Positions 36,214-48,500 are shown, counted from the first letter of the stretch. The stretch is DNA of 64,000 bases from Azolla caroliniana (GCA_043228905.1 JBHGNT010000010.1:17422001-17486000), one strand, 5' to 3'. Numbers and translations: made by a program. Notes: generated from the sequence alone by a model not told the origin.

Positions 36214-39200
36214 TTGTTTCCAACTCCACATCATCTTTCTTTTCTGTTGTACCTTGTTTCCAACTCTTGTTTGTAAAATCTACAATCAGGCTATTTATGC
36301 CCTTTTCAGCCACATTGAAAGTAAGTCATTTCTTTCCCCTTGATTTTGCTTTTGGACCTTGTTATATTTGGTAGAACTAGAAGACTTGCCACTTGGTTTT
36401 TTGACGAATTTCTTCATTAAGAATTGCTCCTCTAACTCAATCAAATGTAAGACTTGCACTATTTGAGAGTGAGACGACAAGGGCCTCTGACATCTTGAAG
36501 CTAATTGTCAGGAGTAAACCATTTTGTCATCAAAGATTTGCAAGCCCACATCTTGAAGCTAATTGAGTAAACCATTGAATGTTGAGATGCATTCAGCTGC
36601 AAACTTGGCATCTTCAAATCATGCAACCATGATATTTCTCATCAATTGAACTTGATTCACTTCAGAGGTTGACTTGTACAGTCTTCAATTTACTCCATAC
36701 CTGAAAGAAGCAATGGAGCTCCTGAAAGTATGCAATGCTCACTCTGATTCGAGTTGTAGAGAAGTGAAGATAGAATGAAAGTTTTCTGAAATATCAGAGA
36801 TATAGAAACAAAAAAATGATTATGAGGTTTAACACATAGGAAAGATTAAAGAAAGCAGAAGCAGTTTGCAAAACAATTATGTACTAGGAGTGCACACATA
36901 CATATGTGCCATTCAAGATACATCGAATACGAAAGTTTAATACTATACTATGTATAATATGTTTCAGAAAACAATATAGACTTAGATTAAGCTTTTTATA
37001 TGTTTTATTTTGTCTATTAGTTTGATAGGTTTGGATATTCTTCAAGCTTATTGAAAACATTTGGTTTTAGCATATGGTTAGAATCTCTTCTAGGGAAGTA
37101 GAATACTCTAATTTGTATATGCTGTATGAAGCTAATGGTTTACAAATACATATTGACTATCGTCAATACATGTTCAAATTAAAAATTTGGTGGCCCCAAT
37201 AAATATTTTGTTATTTAAGCATGAGCTTCATTTATATTATTTTTAACCTAAGTTGCTATATAGTACCACACATGAGCATATATATTTTTGGTTTCCATTG
37301 GCCTGTGAACAGTAGTTGTATATCCATAGGCCTGTGAACTGATTAATAATGTTTTCTGCAATGCAGCTTCTTCAATCGACAGAAGAGCAATATGTGAATT
37401 TTCAATCAATACCTGTTCCCGCGAGTAGAAAGTGTATGGTGCGTGGACATAAGTGTTGAAGAATTTATATGTATCCATGCTTCGTAGGGAATTGCTTACA
37501 TTAGGAACTTGTCATTACATGATTGGTTGCAGGGGCAGCTTCAAGTACATGTTTCAGGAGAGGAGTGTAGTACTGAAATTGATGAAATTTGCTCTCCAGC
37601 AGGAAGTGGAAGAGTCTTGTTTTGCCCTTCTTTAAATGGACAGAGGTGACTATTGCATATTGTCATTGTATTGTTTTCAAACTTCCATGCAAAACCTTTA
37701 CTATAAATATCTCAGCCCTGAAAATTTGAATAACTTTAGTTTATAAACAAATAAGTCTGTTGCGCACTTTTTGAAATTGATCCGTGAAGTATTGGCGAGT
37801 TTGACAATTCTGTGAACATAGACCTTTTATCACATATGATTGTAATAGAGTGTTTTCTCTTCATGGTTTGCGTGTAAACATGCAAATAGTATAATCCAAA
37901 ATTATAGATATTTCATTTCATTGAGATAGTATGTGATGTAGGTTACAACCTGGGCAAATATGATTGTAATAGAGTGTTTTCTCTTCATGGTTTGCGTATA
38001 GACATGCAAATAGTATAATAAAAAATTATAGATATTTCATCTCATTGAAATAGTATGTGATGTAGGTTACAAGCTGGGCAAGTCATTTTTCACTATTACT
38101 ACTATTTTAATCGGCTATACAAATCAGAAGGTAAGTACTTAATTTTAATTGGATTTTGAGAACGCAATTTTATATCATTTTTCACATTCTAGTATTTGGA
38201 GCTTTAAAAATGGATTTGCTTTAAAATTTCACTGATAGAGTATATGTAAAAAAATAGAGTGGATGGAAACTAGATGGTCATACCCCTGGGTGATGAAATT
38301 TATGTAATTTATACTGTTATATAAATAGATATGCCGCCATTTGTTTCAAAATAAATAATTTATCCCATTTTCTGGGATATGGGAAGGAAACTGAAGTAAT
38401 TAAACTTTTTTTTTTGAGTATTTGCAGTGACAGAAAATTATACTTGTTCTTTTTGTGTGCGGCGTTGCGTTAACTTGAAGGTTCACAGCAATTTCTTTTA
38501 ATATTTCCAAAGATTTCACCTTCTCATACTTATTGTTAGCCTGTCGTTTGATTTCATGGTTATATCACTTTTATGCAGGGTTTGAGATGTCATTTAAACT
38601 CCTCACATGACCTGTTTAGATTTGAATTCTTTGTAAGTATAAACACATCTGCATTTATGATGTGCATATGCCTGATGTTTAATAATATCTCTGTTGCTTG
38701 TTTATAGGTGACTGGAGACTACCGCATTGTTAGTGTATTTTGTCGTAATGATGTACTTGGCCCCGAGGTATCTTTTTATATTTTATTATGTATCTGAATG
38801 CTTGTGCTGTACAATATAGTAGTGGCAATAATGGGAATTGACGTGGGAAACAATGATTGTTTTGTTTTGGTTATAGAGCACGATAAGCTGAATATTTAAT
38901 GTTGATGCTATGGATAATGTTTTCAAAAGTTGTAATGGGCAATTATGCTATTTATAGTAAGTGTGTCGCCTTGGATGCTCTAAACAGTCAAACCTTAGAT
39001 GGCATTTCTTGCTGGGTATCTCTCTGATTCTCATAGTGTTGATACTACCTTATGCAAAGAATAGCTATAATGAAATCATGACTATGGAGAACAAGAAAAT
39101 AATGAATTTCCAACCTAATTGTTCTATTGCCAACGTTGTGCTAATCCTTGACAAATATTGAAATAACACTGACAAATAAAGCCTATTCAGAGATTTCCTT

Positions 39201-41889
39201 GATAATTAACCCTGATAGTAATAGAAATGACATATACCTAATGCATCTAGTGGTATAACATATTTACAAGGTCATATGGTGTTTGGGATATTCCTGATGA
39301 AATGTCTTACTTGCTTACCATTTATAACGTGCATTAGGGGACATGCAAAACCTTACCATAGTGTGTAGAAAAAGCTTGGATTTGATACTTACCATCCATC
39401 GGTTGAGCCAAGGATGTGTATCTCTGGGTTAAATATAGAAGACATGCACGTGTCTTTGTTGAGTTAGTGGTGATGTCAAAACCACTACCCATTCATTGTT
39501 TAGATTCTGATGCCTCTTCAGAGATAGAATTTGTCATTTTGGGAGCACTGAATGTATCAATTGTAGAGTAATCTCCTATCTTTGTTTTACCTTTGACAAT
39601 CAAAACTCAGATGGTGATGTCCTTTCTTTGGAAGAAGAGGAATGGATTTCAGCTGTATGGGCCTTCCTTCATTCCTTTTGCATAAGTTTGAACACCGACA
39701 GGATCTTGATGATATGCACATACTTAGTGTGGCGGGGCAAATTTGAGCAAAATTTGTATGCCTAGATTATTGTGATCTTATTGTAATTATTATATGTGTG
39801 AAATCTGTCAAGCATGACTGGGGTATATGAAGTTTCCTATTGTTCGACATAAAGCATTAGAAACCTAGATCTTCTTTCTTTCACAGCAAAGATGTATATG
39901 CATATTCTTAAATGCCTTGTTTTTCCCAGGTTTGTGCAAGGTTCTGCTTGATGAGGGGTTATGGTTTTTCTTTTTAACTCACAATGCAAGGCCTTTTTTT
40001 TTTATCAGGGTAATGTACGCGATGTTGATGGGCTGAATGATCCTCGTCTCAAGCACTTTGTGTATTGGTATGGCCTTATTTCAATTCTTGTATTTCTTTT
40101 TTCAGAATATCATGGTCTTGTATGGTGTGGATCAGGTCTAAATCTGGCCGCCGCCGAAGATCAGTACCATTAGTTGATAATATTGCTAGGCAGTCGGTTA
40201 TTAGTTCTCAGAACAGAAGTTCTGCTATCCATGATTATCAATTGAAGGATCCTTCCACTTCACTACAGTTAGTTCCAGCTAGAATTCAAACATTTAGTAC
40301 TGATGTTACAATGTCTAAAGGATATAGACCTTCCACTCAAAAGCTAGAGGAATCATCAGGCTGCCAAGTATTATCCAGCAACCCACCTAAAGCCATCTCT
40401 TGTGCATCAACATTCCAGACTGAGAAGTTCCGAGAGGTTCAGTTAAATATCGAACGACCAAAAAAGAAACGAGGAAGGCCACATCTGAACACATTAAAGA
40501 TCAGCGAACAAACGTTACAGGCTCTCAAAAAGCAGCGGTCTGAAATTTGCAGCGTCAGTGATGCGCATGCCCTGAGTGCTTTTGGTCCCAATCTTGTCGG
40601 AAATGGTCCTAATGGGGTGTGCCTTGCAATAGCAGCCCCTATGCTCACTGATAAATCGAAACTTCAACACATAACCAAACCACCAATTGTGCATTCAGGA
40701 TCACTTGTTAAGCATCAGAAGACCTTTGCAGAACGTTCTGAAGCTCGCATGTAGGACATTTCAGTTCTTTGCATGCATAACCCTTATACTTTCCAGAGAA
40801 CATGAATTGCTTACTAGTGTTTTATATGAAAATCTTATATGCAGAAGGGCCCAACTCACAAAACGCGAATTTTTTCATTCCCATACATCTCAGGTATAAA
40901 TCAACCATAAGAGTAAATGCCACAGCTACTTGTCAGTACACATTATAAACCCTCCTAAAACACAGTTTATGTGCAGCCCATGTCACTGGAACAACTTCTT
41001 TCAGATAGAGATAGTGAAGATGAAAGGGATGATGAAATCATGGATCTAGAAGACCGTCGGGTATGCATCTTGTAGATCTTGCTAATATTATTTTCCTAGG
41101 CTAGTGCGTAAAGTTTTTCTATGTAAACTCCACATTATGGTCAGAAGCTTTACTGCCCACATACCACAGTCACATATGTTTTATTGTTCTTTTTACTGCA
41201 TGTGGTGGTAACGTTCTATCACTTGATGGAAAGGGTTCTGGAATTTTCACATGTTTCTGCATTTAATCACATTGTTCATGAAACTCTTGCCTGTAGTACA
41301 TTAATTATGGTGGTACATTATAACTAATATTTGTCTCAACATTCCCCTAGATGCTCGATGATTTTGTGGATGTCACATCACATGAGAAAGAGCTTATGCA
41401 CCTTTGGAATTCTTATGTTCATAAACAACGGTATGTCTTTTCTGCTTTCTGGGTATCATCTTCTAGTTCATATGAAAAAGCCAGAATGTACTGGATCTGA
41501 ATATTTCGTTTGGATTACAACTGATATTTTCCTACTCTCTAATGAAAGTTGTGCTATTCTTTGTCAGAATACTGGCAGATAGTCATTGTCCATGGGGATG
41601 TGAGGCATTTGCAAAGCTTTATGCAAAGAAATTCAATAATAATCCTTCTTTAAGAAGGTACCATTCTCTGTTGCTTCATGTGATGTTTGTTAATTCAACT
41701 TCTTTTTTCCTCCAGGGATTGCTCTTCCTTATTGGATGTTCATATGTATGATCTTATCTTAGCAGATGTTTTATGCTTTTCCTCATCAAATTATGGAATC
41801 ATAATCTGGTGGATGGAAACGTGATCAGTCGATGTCTACATACTGTTGACTCATTTGTTGAGACCACGGAGATGGAAATAAAAGCATGA
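20667..41889 (+). CDS. EMF2: EMF2-like VEFS-box Polycomb (PRC2, Su(z)12 family) protein, 20 coding exons, about 800 aa
   Basis: Exons: 20667-20710, 22090-22315, 23935-23990, 24089-24257, 24382-24553, 24628-24678 (or to 24732; donor ambiguous), 25334-25488, 37367-37438, 37533-37645, 38066-38130, 38428-38480, 38579-38632, 38708-38767, 40009-40067, 40136-40750, 40845-40893, 40977-41060, 41351-41430, 41568-41657, 41766-41889. All introns are GT-AG and in phase. Motifs: MPG start, AEDSLSLYCKPIELYNIIQKR, PIFLQRCLRYK, C2H2 finger CSFCVRRCVNLKGLRCHLNSSHDLF, VEFS box REFFHSHTSQPMSLEQLLSDRDSEDE...RRMLDDFVDV..EKELMHLWNS...ILADSHCPWGCEAF...IKLWNHNL. Confidence 0.93.
23270..23640. repeat. Direct duplication of about 180 bp in an EMF2 intron
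   Basis: ATATTTTATCTCATGTAGACT.TTCAATTGTC...AACCATAGTTTAAAC occurs twice (about 23271 and 23451). Confidence 0.85.
27000..28262 (+). mobile_element. Degenerate Copia gag-protease-integrase 5' fragment in the large EMF2 intron
   Basis: Gag-like NKKVITYLKMVVSD, protease-like TWIVD, GAG-pre-integrase LWHKWLGYMSQK and integrase start LDLVHSDIC. Truncated after about 28260. Confidence 0.7.
29070..29252. repeat. Direct duplication of about 95 bp
   Basis: GCACTCAAGCACACTTTT...TTTGCACTTTTGGACCATAAG.CCTGGCCTATTGCAAATTG occurs twice. Confidence 0.85.
29675..30675. mobile_element. Non-autonomous Tc1/mariner (pogo-like) element, 1001 bp, TA TSD
   Basis: TIR CAGTAACCATTTGGTTAAGTGCG versus CGCACTTAACCGAATGGTTACTG (22/23 match). 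TA flanks both sides. Subterminal TAAGTGCG repeats and a CT-rich core. Confidence 0.85.
31101..36930 (-). mobile_element. Old degenerate Copia retrotransposon in the large EMF2 intron
   Basis: 3' LTR about 31768-31101 (TGTTGG...TACA) after a PPT-like AAGTGGGAGG. Partial 5' LTR about 36755-36930 similar to 31360-31530. RT/RNaseH motifs KYKAHLVARGYKQ, QMDVKTAF, LYGLKQTPRLWY, FSMKDLG, TWPDIAYAVG and GYCDSDMAGDVDTRKST, with many stops and frameshifts. Confidence 0.8.
33233..34694 (+). mobile_element. 5'-truncated L1 LINE inserted in the Copia RT, 14-bp TSD
   Basis: TSD TTGTATCCTTGTAT at 33219-33232 and 34695-34708. zf-RVT motif CCYCDDMQETTKHALWSC and LWILWKYRC. A-rich tail. Removing the insert rejoins Copia RGYKQIQGY-NF.EVF. 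Confidence 0.9.
37834..38081 (+). repeat. 124-bp tandem duplication containing the acceptor of EMF2 coding exon 10
   Basis: Copies 37834-37957 and 37958-38081, each ending GTGATGTAG|GTTACAA(C/G)CTGGGCAA. Confidence 0.92.
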
Positions 41890-43706
41890 TAAACATACTT
41901 GCAAGTGTGCTCCATGTTCAGGATCGTACTGTATTTCTGAGAATCAAAACCAAATTATTGCTTGTCAGGCTGCTCTCCCTTGTGAGTTAAAGACAGGATG
42001 AGGTAAGGCTAATTATGATTAATGGCAAATGCATTAAATCATGGTAACTTGGTTGCGGAGAGTAATAAAAAGGAGAGATTGTATATGTTGTTACCTAGGA
42101 AGTACCAACACATTTTGTGCCAATGTAGGGAAAAGAGTTGAGCTCAAAGTCTGTCTCCCCTAGAGACGAAGCAAGGTGGGATTTTAGACTCAGTAATGGA
42201 GGTAGTTCATCATAGCTGGATGCAATTATTTAACTGGAAAGTTTGAATGGGGCTATATTAGCTTCCAAACCGTAAAAAAACAGGGAATGTTAACATGTAG
42301 AAGCATGGCAGTGTTGCCTGCATGCATACCTTGCATTCCATCACTGTATAGTTGCCAGAAAAGAACTTCAAATTTTGCCAAATTCTGGAGTATTTTATTT
42401 TTGTTGTTTTTTACAGAACATGTTTTGTATGCCTCACCACAAATTGATATAGCAAATCTGTTCAGAATGGGTTTCTTTATGTTGTATGTGCGTCAAACTG
42501 ACCTATGGATGTCAATGTGTGCTTGAATACCCCATTGGAGGTAACTTTGAGATTAGATTCTTCTGTTTCTCCCTTCGTTATCCCTGATGGTCTCTTTTTA
42601 GTGTCAGGTGATCGATGAAGATGAAGTTTTTCGTTCAATGCATGAAATCAATCTAATGATCTAGGATCGAACTTCAGTAATGTCGACAGCTTTGATCTAA
42701 CCATCCTAAGAAATTTCTAAGACAAGATAGTCAAATCACAAGATGATTCATCAAATAAGGAACCATTTCCAAATGTTTCTAACCATGCATACATAGGAAG
42801 AACAAGAAGTTGGAAGCTTTTTTAGACAAAATACCATTAAGGAAAAGGCAATCTCACCACCCTTGATTACTAAGAATGAAGTACTCTCACCATGTGAAGA
42901 TTTGAAGCTTTCCAATACACTCAATATCACTATGATATTGTTTGTCCAACATCCACATGTGTGGACAAATCTTCTATGTATTCTTATCATAAACCATCAA
43001 ATTTCTATGCATTAATGAAAACCTTTCGTAGACCTCATTATTAATTATGTTGCATATGTTTCCTTAAAGGGTGGTCAATGCCACCTAGTACTTGTAATTT
43101 AATATTAATGATAATAAATGAGGTCATTTGTAGTCAATAGGACCTAATTATTGTATAATGCATTTGAGGAATGTATTTGTGGCTATTGATTGTAGTTTCT
43201 ACTTGGGCTTCTCAAATGCAAACCCTTTGACTTTTGGTGATAATATATCAACAAGATTTTTTGCAATGATTTTGTTGTTTCATGTGATAGTTTCCTTTTG
43301 GGCCTTGCAGTAACTAATGTATGATGCCTAAGAATACCACTATCAAGATAATCTTCTAGAAAATCTTTAACATACACTATTGAATAAGGAAACATAGAGC
43401 CCAAATGTTTACAATGAGAAGAACTAAATGAAATCCAAGTGCAAGATACAAAACTTAAGTAAATAACATGAATATCCATGGCACTCAAATTGGAGTTGTA
43501 TAGACCCATCTCAACATGCAAGGGGCAATATGTAGATCCCCTACAATTCTTGCATTGTGTAATGGGAGAGAAACTTAAACACATGATTATATTAAAATAA
43601 TGAGTACTCACTTCACTTGTTAATAGTAATAACTTGTCTTATTTGTGGGAAAGCAAAAACCCTTATAAAACTTCATACATCTAACCCCAAACAAAGAGAA
43701 ACCCTT

Positions 43707-44431
43707 TGTCGCGTTGCTACGCGCGTGCGTGGAGAAGGGCGGGACCACGGGGGTCTTGGACTAAGGAGTAGAGGAGAAGGAATATGACATGGAATGGAAG
43801 CTTTGCTCAAGAACAAGAAGAATGAACAAGAGATTAACTCGAACAAGAGGAAGATGGAGACAAGAAGATCAACAAGATATGTTAAAACGAAACGAACGAT
43901 TACAAAACGGTGGCCGCGTAGGCCGCACCAAACGACTACTCCAAACCCTAACCGACGAAGATGAAGATAAAGATCAAGAAACCCTAACCCTAACCCTAAC
44001 GCTCGACCTATGTGGTATACCTCGCACACTCAAAAATAGGCAACCCTCACAATGGTGCCTTCCCTCTCCTTTTATAACACAAGGAGGGAAGACCGATTAC
44101 AAAAACGAGACTAAAATATCCCCTTTCATTCAAAGGGGATATTTGCCTTGATTTGGGGAGGGTGAGATTGATGGCCCCTTAACTCCCACCTCCTCACAAA
44201 CAACTAGGTACCTATGTACCGCATAGTACCACTCTCTCTCTCGCGCGCGCGTGGATGTGCACATAAGACCACATCGCCTTTATACCTTAGGGATCTTATG
44301 GGGAATTTCTCGCACCATACCCTTTTCCCCTATTATTATTACAAATACATTATGTACGTGTGCAATGTTGCACATCGCTCTTTGGCTCTCGTTGCTCGGG
44401 TTTCCGCTCGTGGTCGAAAATCTTCACGACA
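43707..44431 (-). mobile_element. Probable solo LTR (about 725 bp)
   Basis: Termini TGTCGCG...CACGACA. TATAAAAGG on the minus strand near 44075. Flanks CCCTT/CCGTA match only 3/5. Confidence 0.5.
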
Positions 44432-44912
44432 CCGTAAAAACAAAATGTGGTAGCAATTCTATTGGGAAGGGTTTTCATTTGAACGATTCCTCTCTAAACA
44501 CAAAATGACAATGGTGCTTTTGGTGTGTGAGAGAAATAATAATATTTTTGCCTCTTTGGTGTTGTGCAAAATGGTTTTTTGTAATACTAGGAATGTGATT
44601 AGACCAGTACAATTTCTCATCTTTCTCCACCATAGTGCGTAGGCTACTTAAAAGGTGGAGTGGTCAAAGGTGGCAAGTGTAAGTCATGATCATAAATTTG
44701 TCATGTATGAAAGCCATGGCAAACATGCACTGTGCACACTCATGGCTAGGTGGTGAGCATAACAAAACTAGAGGTACTGTAAGGGAGTTTTAGTATCATC
44801 AAACCACTCTAGGTTAATGCTAGTCTTTAGCTAACAAATTCAATAATCTTTCTCATACTCTTGTTCTCGTATATGAATAAATATTTCATTTCTATTGTCT
44901 GCCGGAATTGTA

Positions 44913-45551
44913 TGTTGGGATTACGGTCCCTCCGGATGGGATGGTCAGATGTCCGGGAATCGGGAATGAAGACCCGAATGAGGAGTACCCGGTATCGGAA
45001 CCGGATGATGAAGACCCGGTTCCGGATCCGGATGATGAAGACCCCGGCTACGGAGCCGGATGACGAATGTACCCGGAGAGAGATCCGGATGCGGGGACAT
45101 ATTTGTGAATATGTTTGCCAAGGGCCCTCTAGGCTATATTTGTAAATAGCCCGAAAGTCATATGTGTATAAATATGACTTAGGGCAAACAGTTTTGTTGT
45201 TGTTGCTCATTTTTCTGTTTTCCATTTAGAGGGAGCGAAGTGAGAGCAGCCGAGAGAGAGAGAGAGTGAGAGAGAGAGAAAGGAAGAGGTCGACGCCTCT
45301 GTGTAATACCGCCGCTTGTGGCGAGGACAGCGAGCTCAAGGTCGTCGCCTTGCAGCTCGCCATTGTACATTCCCTGCGTATAGTGATAGTTGGAGTCTTG
45401 CACTCCCGTGGTTTTTCCCGTCTAGGGTTTTCCACGCTAAACCCTGTGCATTTGAGTCTCTCTTTGTGTTTTCGATTTACTGCTGCATTGACTAGTGTGT
45501 CCTCGGTTGTGGCCGAGAGGTGAAGGTTTTGAAAGCGTCAATTTTCTAACA
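44913..45551 (+). repeat. 5' LTR of the young Copia
   Basis: 639 bp. Differs from the 3' LTR by 2 substitutions and one GA unit by eye. Confidence 0.97.
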
Positions 45552-45582
45552 ATCTGGTATCAGAGCGACTGCAGTGCAGAAA

Positions 45583-48500
45583 ATGGAAGGCGGCAGCAGC
45601 GGGCAGCCGGGGATGATGGTGCTGAATGCGCAGAACTACGCCGACTGGAAGATAAAGATGGAGGATCTGCTCATTGTTCGGGACCTGTATGAACCGATCG
45701 ACAGGTCGGAAATACCCAAGGGGGTACTTGAGACGGAATGGAGGCTTCTGAACCGGAAAGCCGTTGCAACCATTCGGCAATACGTCGACGTGAGCGTTCT
45801 ACAACATGTGGCGAACGACACCAACGCATATGAGATGTGGCAGAAGCTGTCGGGCCTCTACGAGAGGAAGAATGCGTTGAACCGGACCTCCCTGATGAGG
45901 AAGATAGTGAACCTCAAGTACCGGGACGGCGAGAGTATGGTGGAACACGTAAGCACATTCATGGGATTCGTGAACCAGCTTGCGGCGATCAAGTTCCCGT
46001 TGGAGGATGCAATGCAAGCCATCATGCTGATGTGTACATTGCCGGAAAGCTGGGAGAACTTGGTGGTGACTCTCAGCACCTCCTGCACCGAAGATAACTT
46101 GTCCCTACAAACGGTAAAGACAAGCATTTTGAACGAAGAAGCGCGTCGGAGAGATAAAGAACCGGCCTCCGATCCGAAGATGCTGCTTACCGAATCGGAT
46201 CGGGGAAGACAACGGAACCGGAGTCCGCAAAGACGGGAGAAGTCGGGGACCCGGTCGCAGTCAAGAGGAAGGCCCACATGCTTCCACTGTGGGAAGCCGG
46301 GGCACTTCCGAAAGAATTGTCGGCATTACCGAAAAGACAACGGAGCCGACGACACCGATTCGAAGAAGTCTTCGGAACGGAACGGTGCTTACCGGGGAGC
46401 CACAGACCGGAATGGTTCGGATCGGCGAGGGCAGGACCGGAAAGGAACGACGGCACTCGCGGCAAGTGAAGAGGAGATCATGCTCATCACCGAAGAAGGT
46501 GAACTAAACATTGCCGGCGATGAGACTACCTGGGTGGTCGATTCTGGAGCGTCGTTCCACCTGACCCCGGAAAGAAGATACTTCTCATCCTACACAGCCG
46601 GTGAGCATGGCTGTGTTCGGATGGGAAAGGAAGGTACGTGCCGGATTGCCGGCATAGGAGACGTGTGGTTGACAACCTCGACCGGATGCAAAATGTTGCT
46701 GAAGGATGTCCGACACGTTCCGGAGGTTCGATTGAACCTGATTTCGGCCGGGAGGCTAGACGATGAAGGCTACACAGGTAGCATCCGGAACTGCGTAATG
46801 AAGTTCAGCAAGGGGAGCCTGATAGTGGCTCGGGCCCGGAAAGTCAACACATTGTACCTTATGAATGCCTGGTTGTGTCCGGAGGAGTTGAACGTGGCAG
46901 CCGACACTGTCGGTGAGTTGTGGCACAAGAGACTGTGCCACATGAGTGAGAAGGGGATGAAGAGGCTTGCAGAAGACAACCTTATTCCAGTGAAGCATGT
47001 GCACCTGGAGAAGTGCACCGATTGCCTGGCCGGTAAGCAGAACCGAACCTCCTTCCACTCAAGGCCACCGACGAGACGTAGCGCACCATTGGAGTTGGTG
47101 CACACTGACGTGTGTCAAGTAGAAACGAAGTCACATGGCGGAGCCCAGTACTTCGTGACATTCATTGATGACCACAGCCGGAAGCTGTGGACGGCACCGT
47201 TGAAGACAAAGGACCAAGTGTTGTGCGTCTTCAAAGAACTCCACGCGAGAGTGGAAAGGGAATCCGGCAAGAAGCTGAAAGCGATACGAGCGGATAACGG
47301 AGGGGAATACCGGGGGCAGTTCGAGGAGTACTGTCGCTCGAAGGGAATCCGGCTCGAGTTTACTGTGCCGAAGACGCCGGAACTGAACGGGCTGGCCGAG
47401 AGGATGAACTGGACCATAATGGAGAGGGTCCAGAGTATGTTGGCGCATGCGAAATTGCCCAAGGGGTTTTGGGCTGAGGCAATGTCGACGGCGACATACG
47501 TGATAAACAGATCACCCTCAGTACCTTTGGACGGAGACACGCCGCAGAGAGTGTGGACCAGTAGGGAAGTATCCTACCGGCATCTGAAGGTGTTCGGGTG
47601 TCTCGCATATGTGCATGTGGCAAAGGACCGGAGAGGAAAGCTAGATCCAAAGACCCGGCCATGCATATTCCTCGGTTACGGCGATGACGAGTTCGGCTCC
47701 CGAGTATGGGACCCGGTCGACAAAAAGATATTCCGGAGTCGTGATATCATCTTCATGGAGGACAAGACACTCGCCGACTGGGAGTCGGAGAAGAAGATGA
47801 AGAGCTCCAAGTCGACCGGTGAGGATCAACTCTACGAGGAGCAGTCCCGACCGGCAAGGGACCGGTTAGCACTCGAGGATCCGGCCAAAGACGGTGAAGA
47901 AACAGAACCGGCCGAGGAAGATGAAACTGATACCGGAACCGGCCCCGATCCTGAAATTGATTCGGATGAAGAGGAAACGGAGGAGCCGGTTACCGAAGCT
48001 CCGGAACGGAGATATCCTCTAAGAGAGAGAAGGGCCCCCCGGAGATTTCCGGAACCAGAGCACGTGCTGCTAACCGACGAGGGGGAGCCGGAGAGTTTTG
48101 AAGAAGCAAAGCTTGACACCCATAGCCGCAGGTGGTTGAGTGCCATGCAGGAGGAGATGGATTCCCTGCATGAGAACCACACATATGAACTTGTGGAGTT
48201 GCCGAAAGGAAAGCGGGCACTTCGAAACAAGTGGGTGTTCAAGCTGAAACCGGGAGATGCCGGAAACCCCCCGAGATACAAAGCCAGGATCGTGGTGAAG
48301 GGGTTCCAGCAGAAGAAGGGCGTCGACTTCGACGAGATATTTGCCCCGGTAGTGAAGATGACCTCCATCCGGATGATGCTGAGCATAGCGGCAAGCATGG
48401 ACCTCGAGGTAGAACAGATGGACGTGAAGACGGCATTCCTTCACGGTGACCTCGAAGAAGAGATCTACATGCAGCAACCGGAAGGATTCGAGAAGAAAGG

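Noticed and set aside
37021-37101. Possible additional EMF2 exon (FDRFGYSSS...)
   Set aside because: No similarity to EMF2. Exon 37367-37438 already supplies the expected segment in phase.
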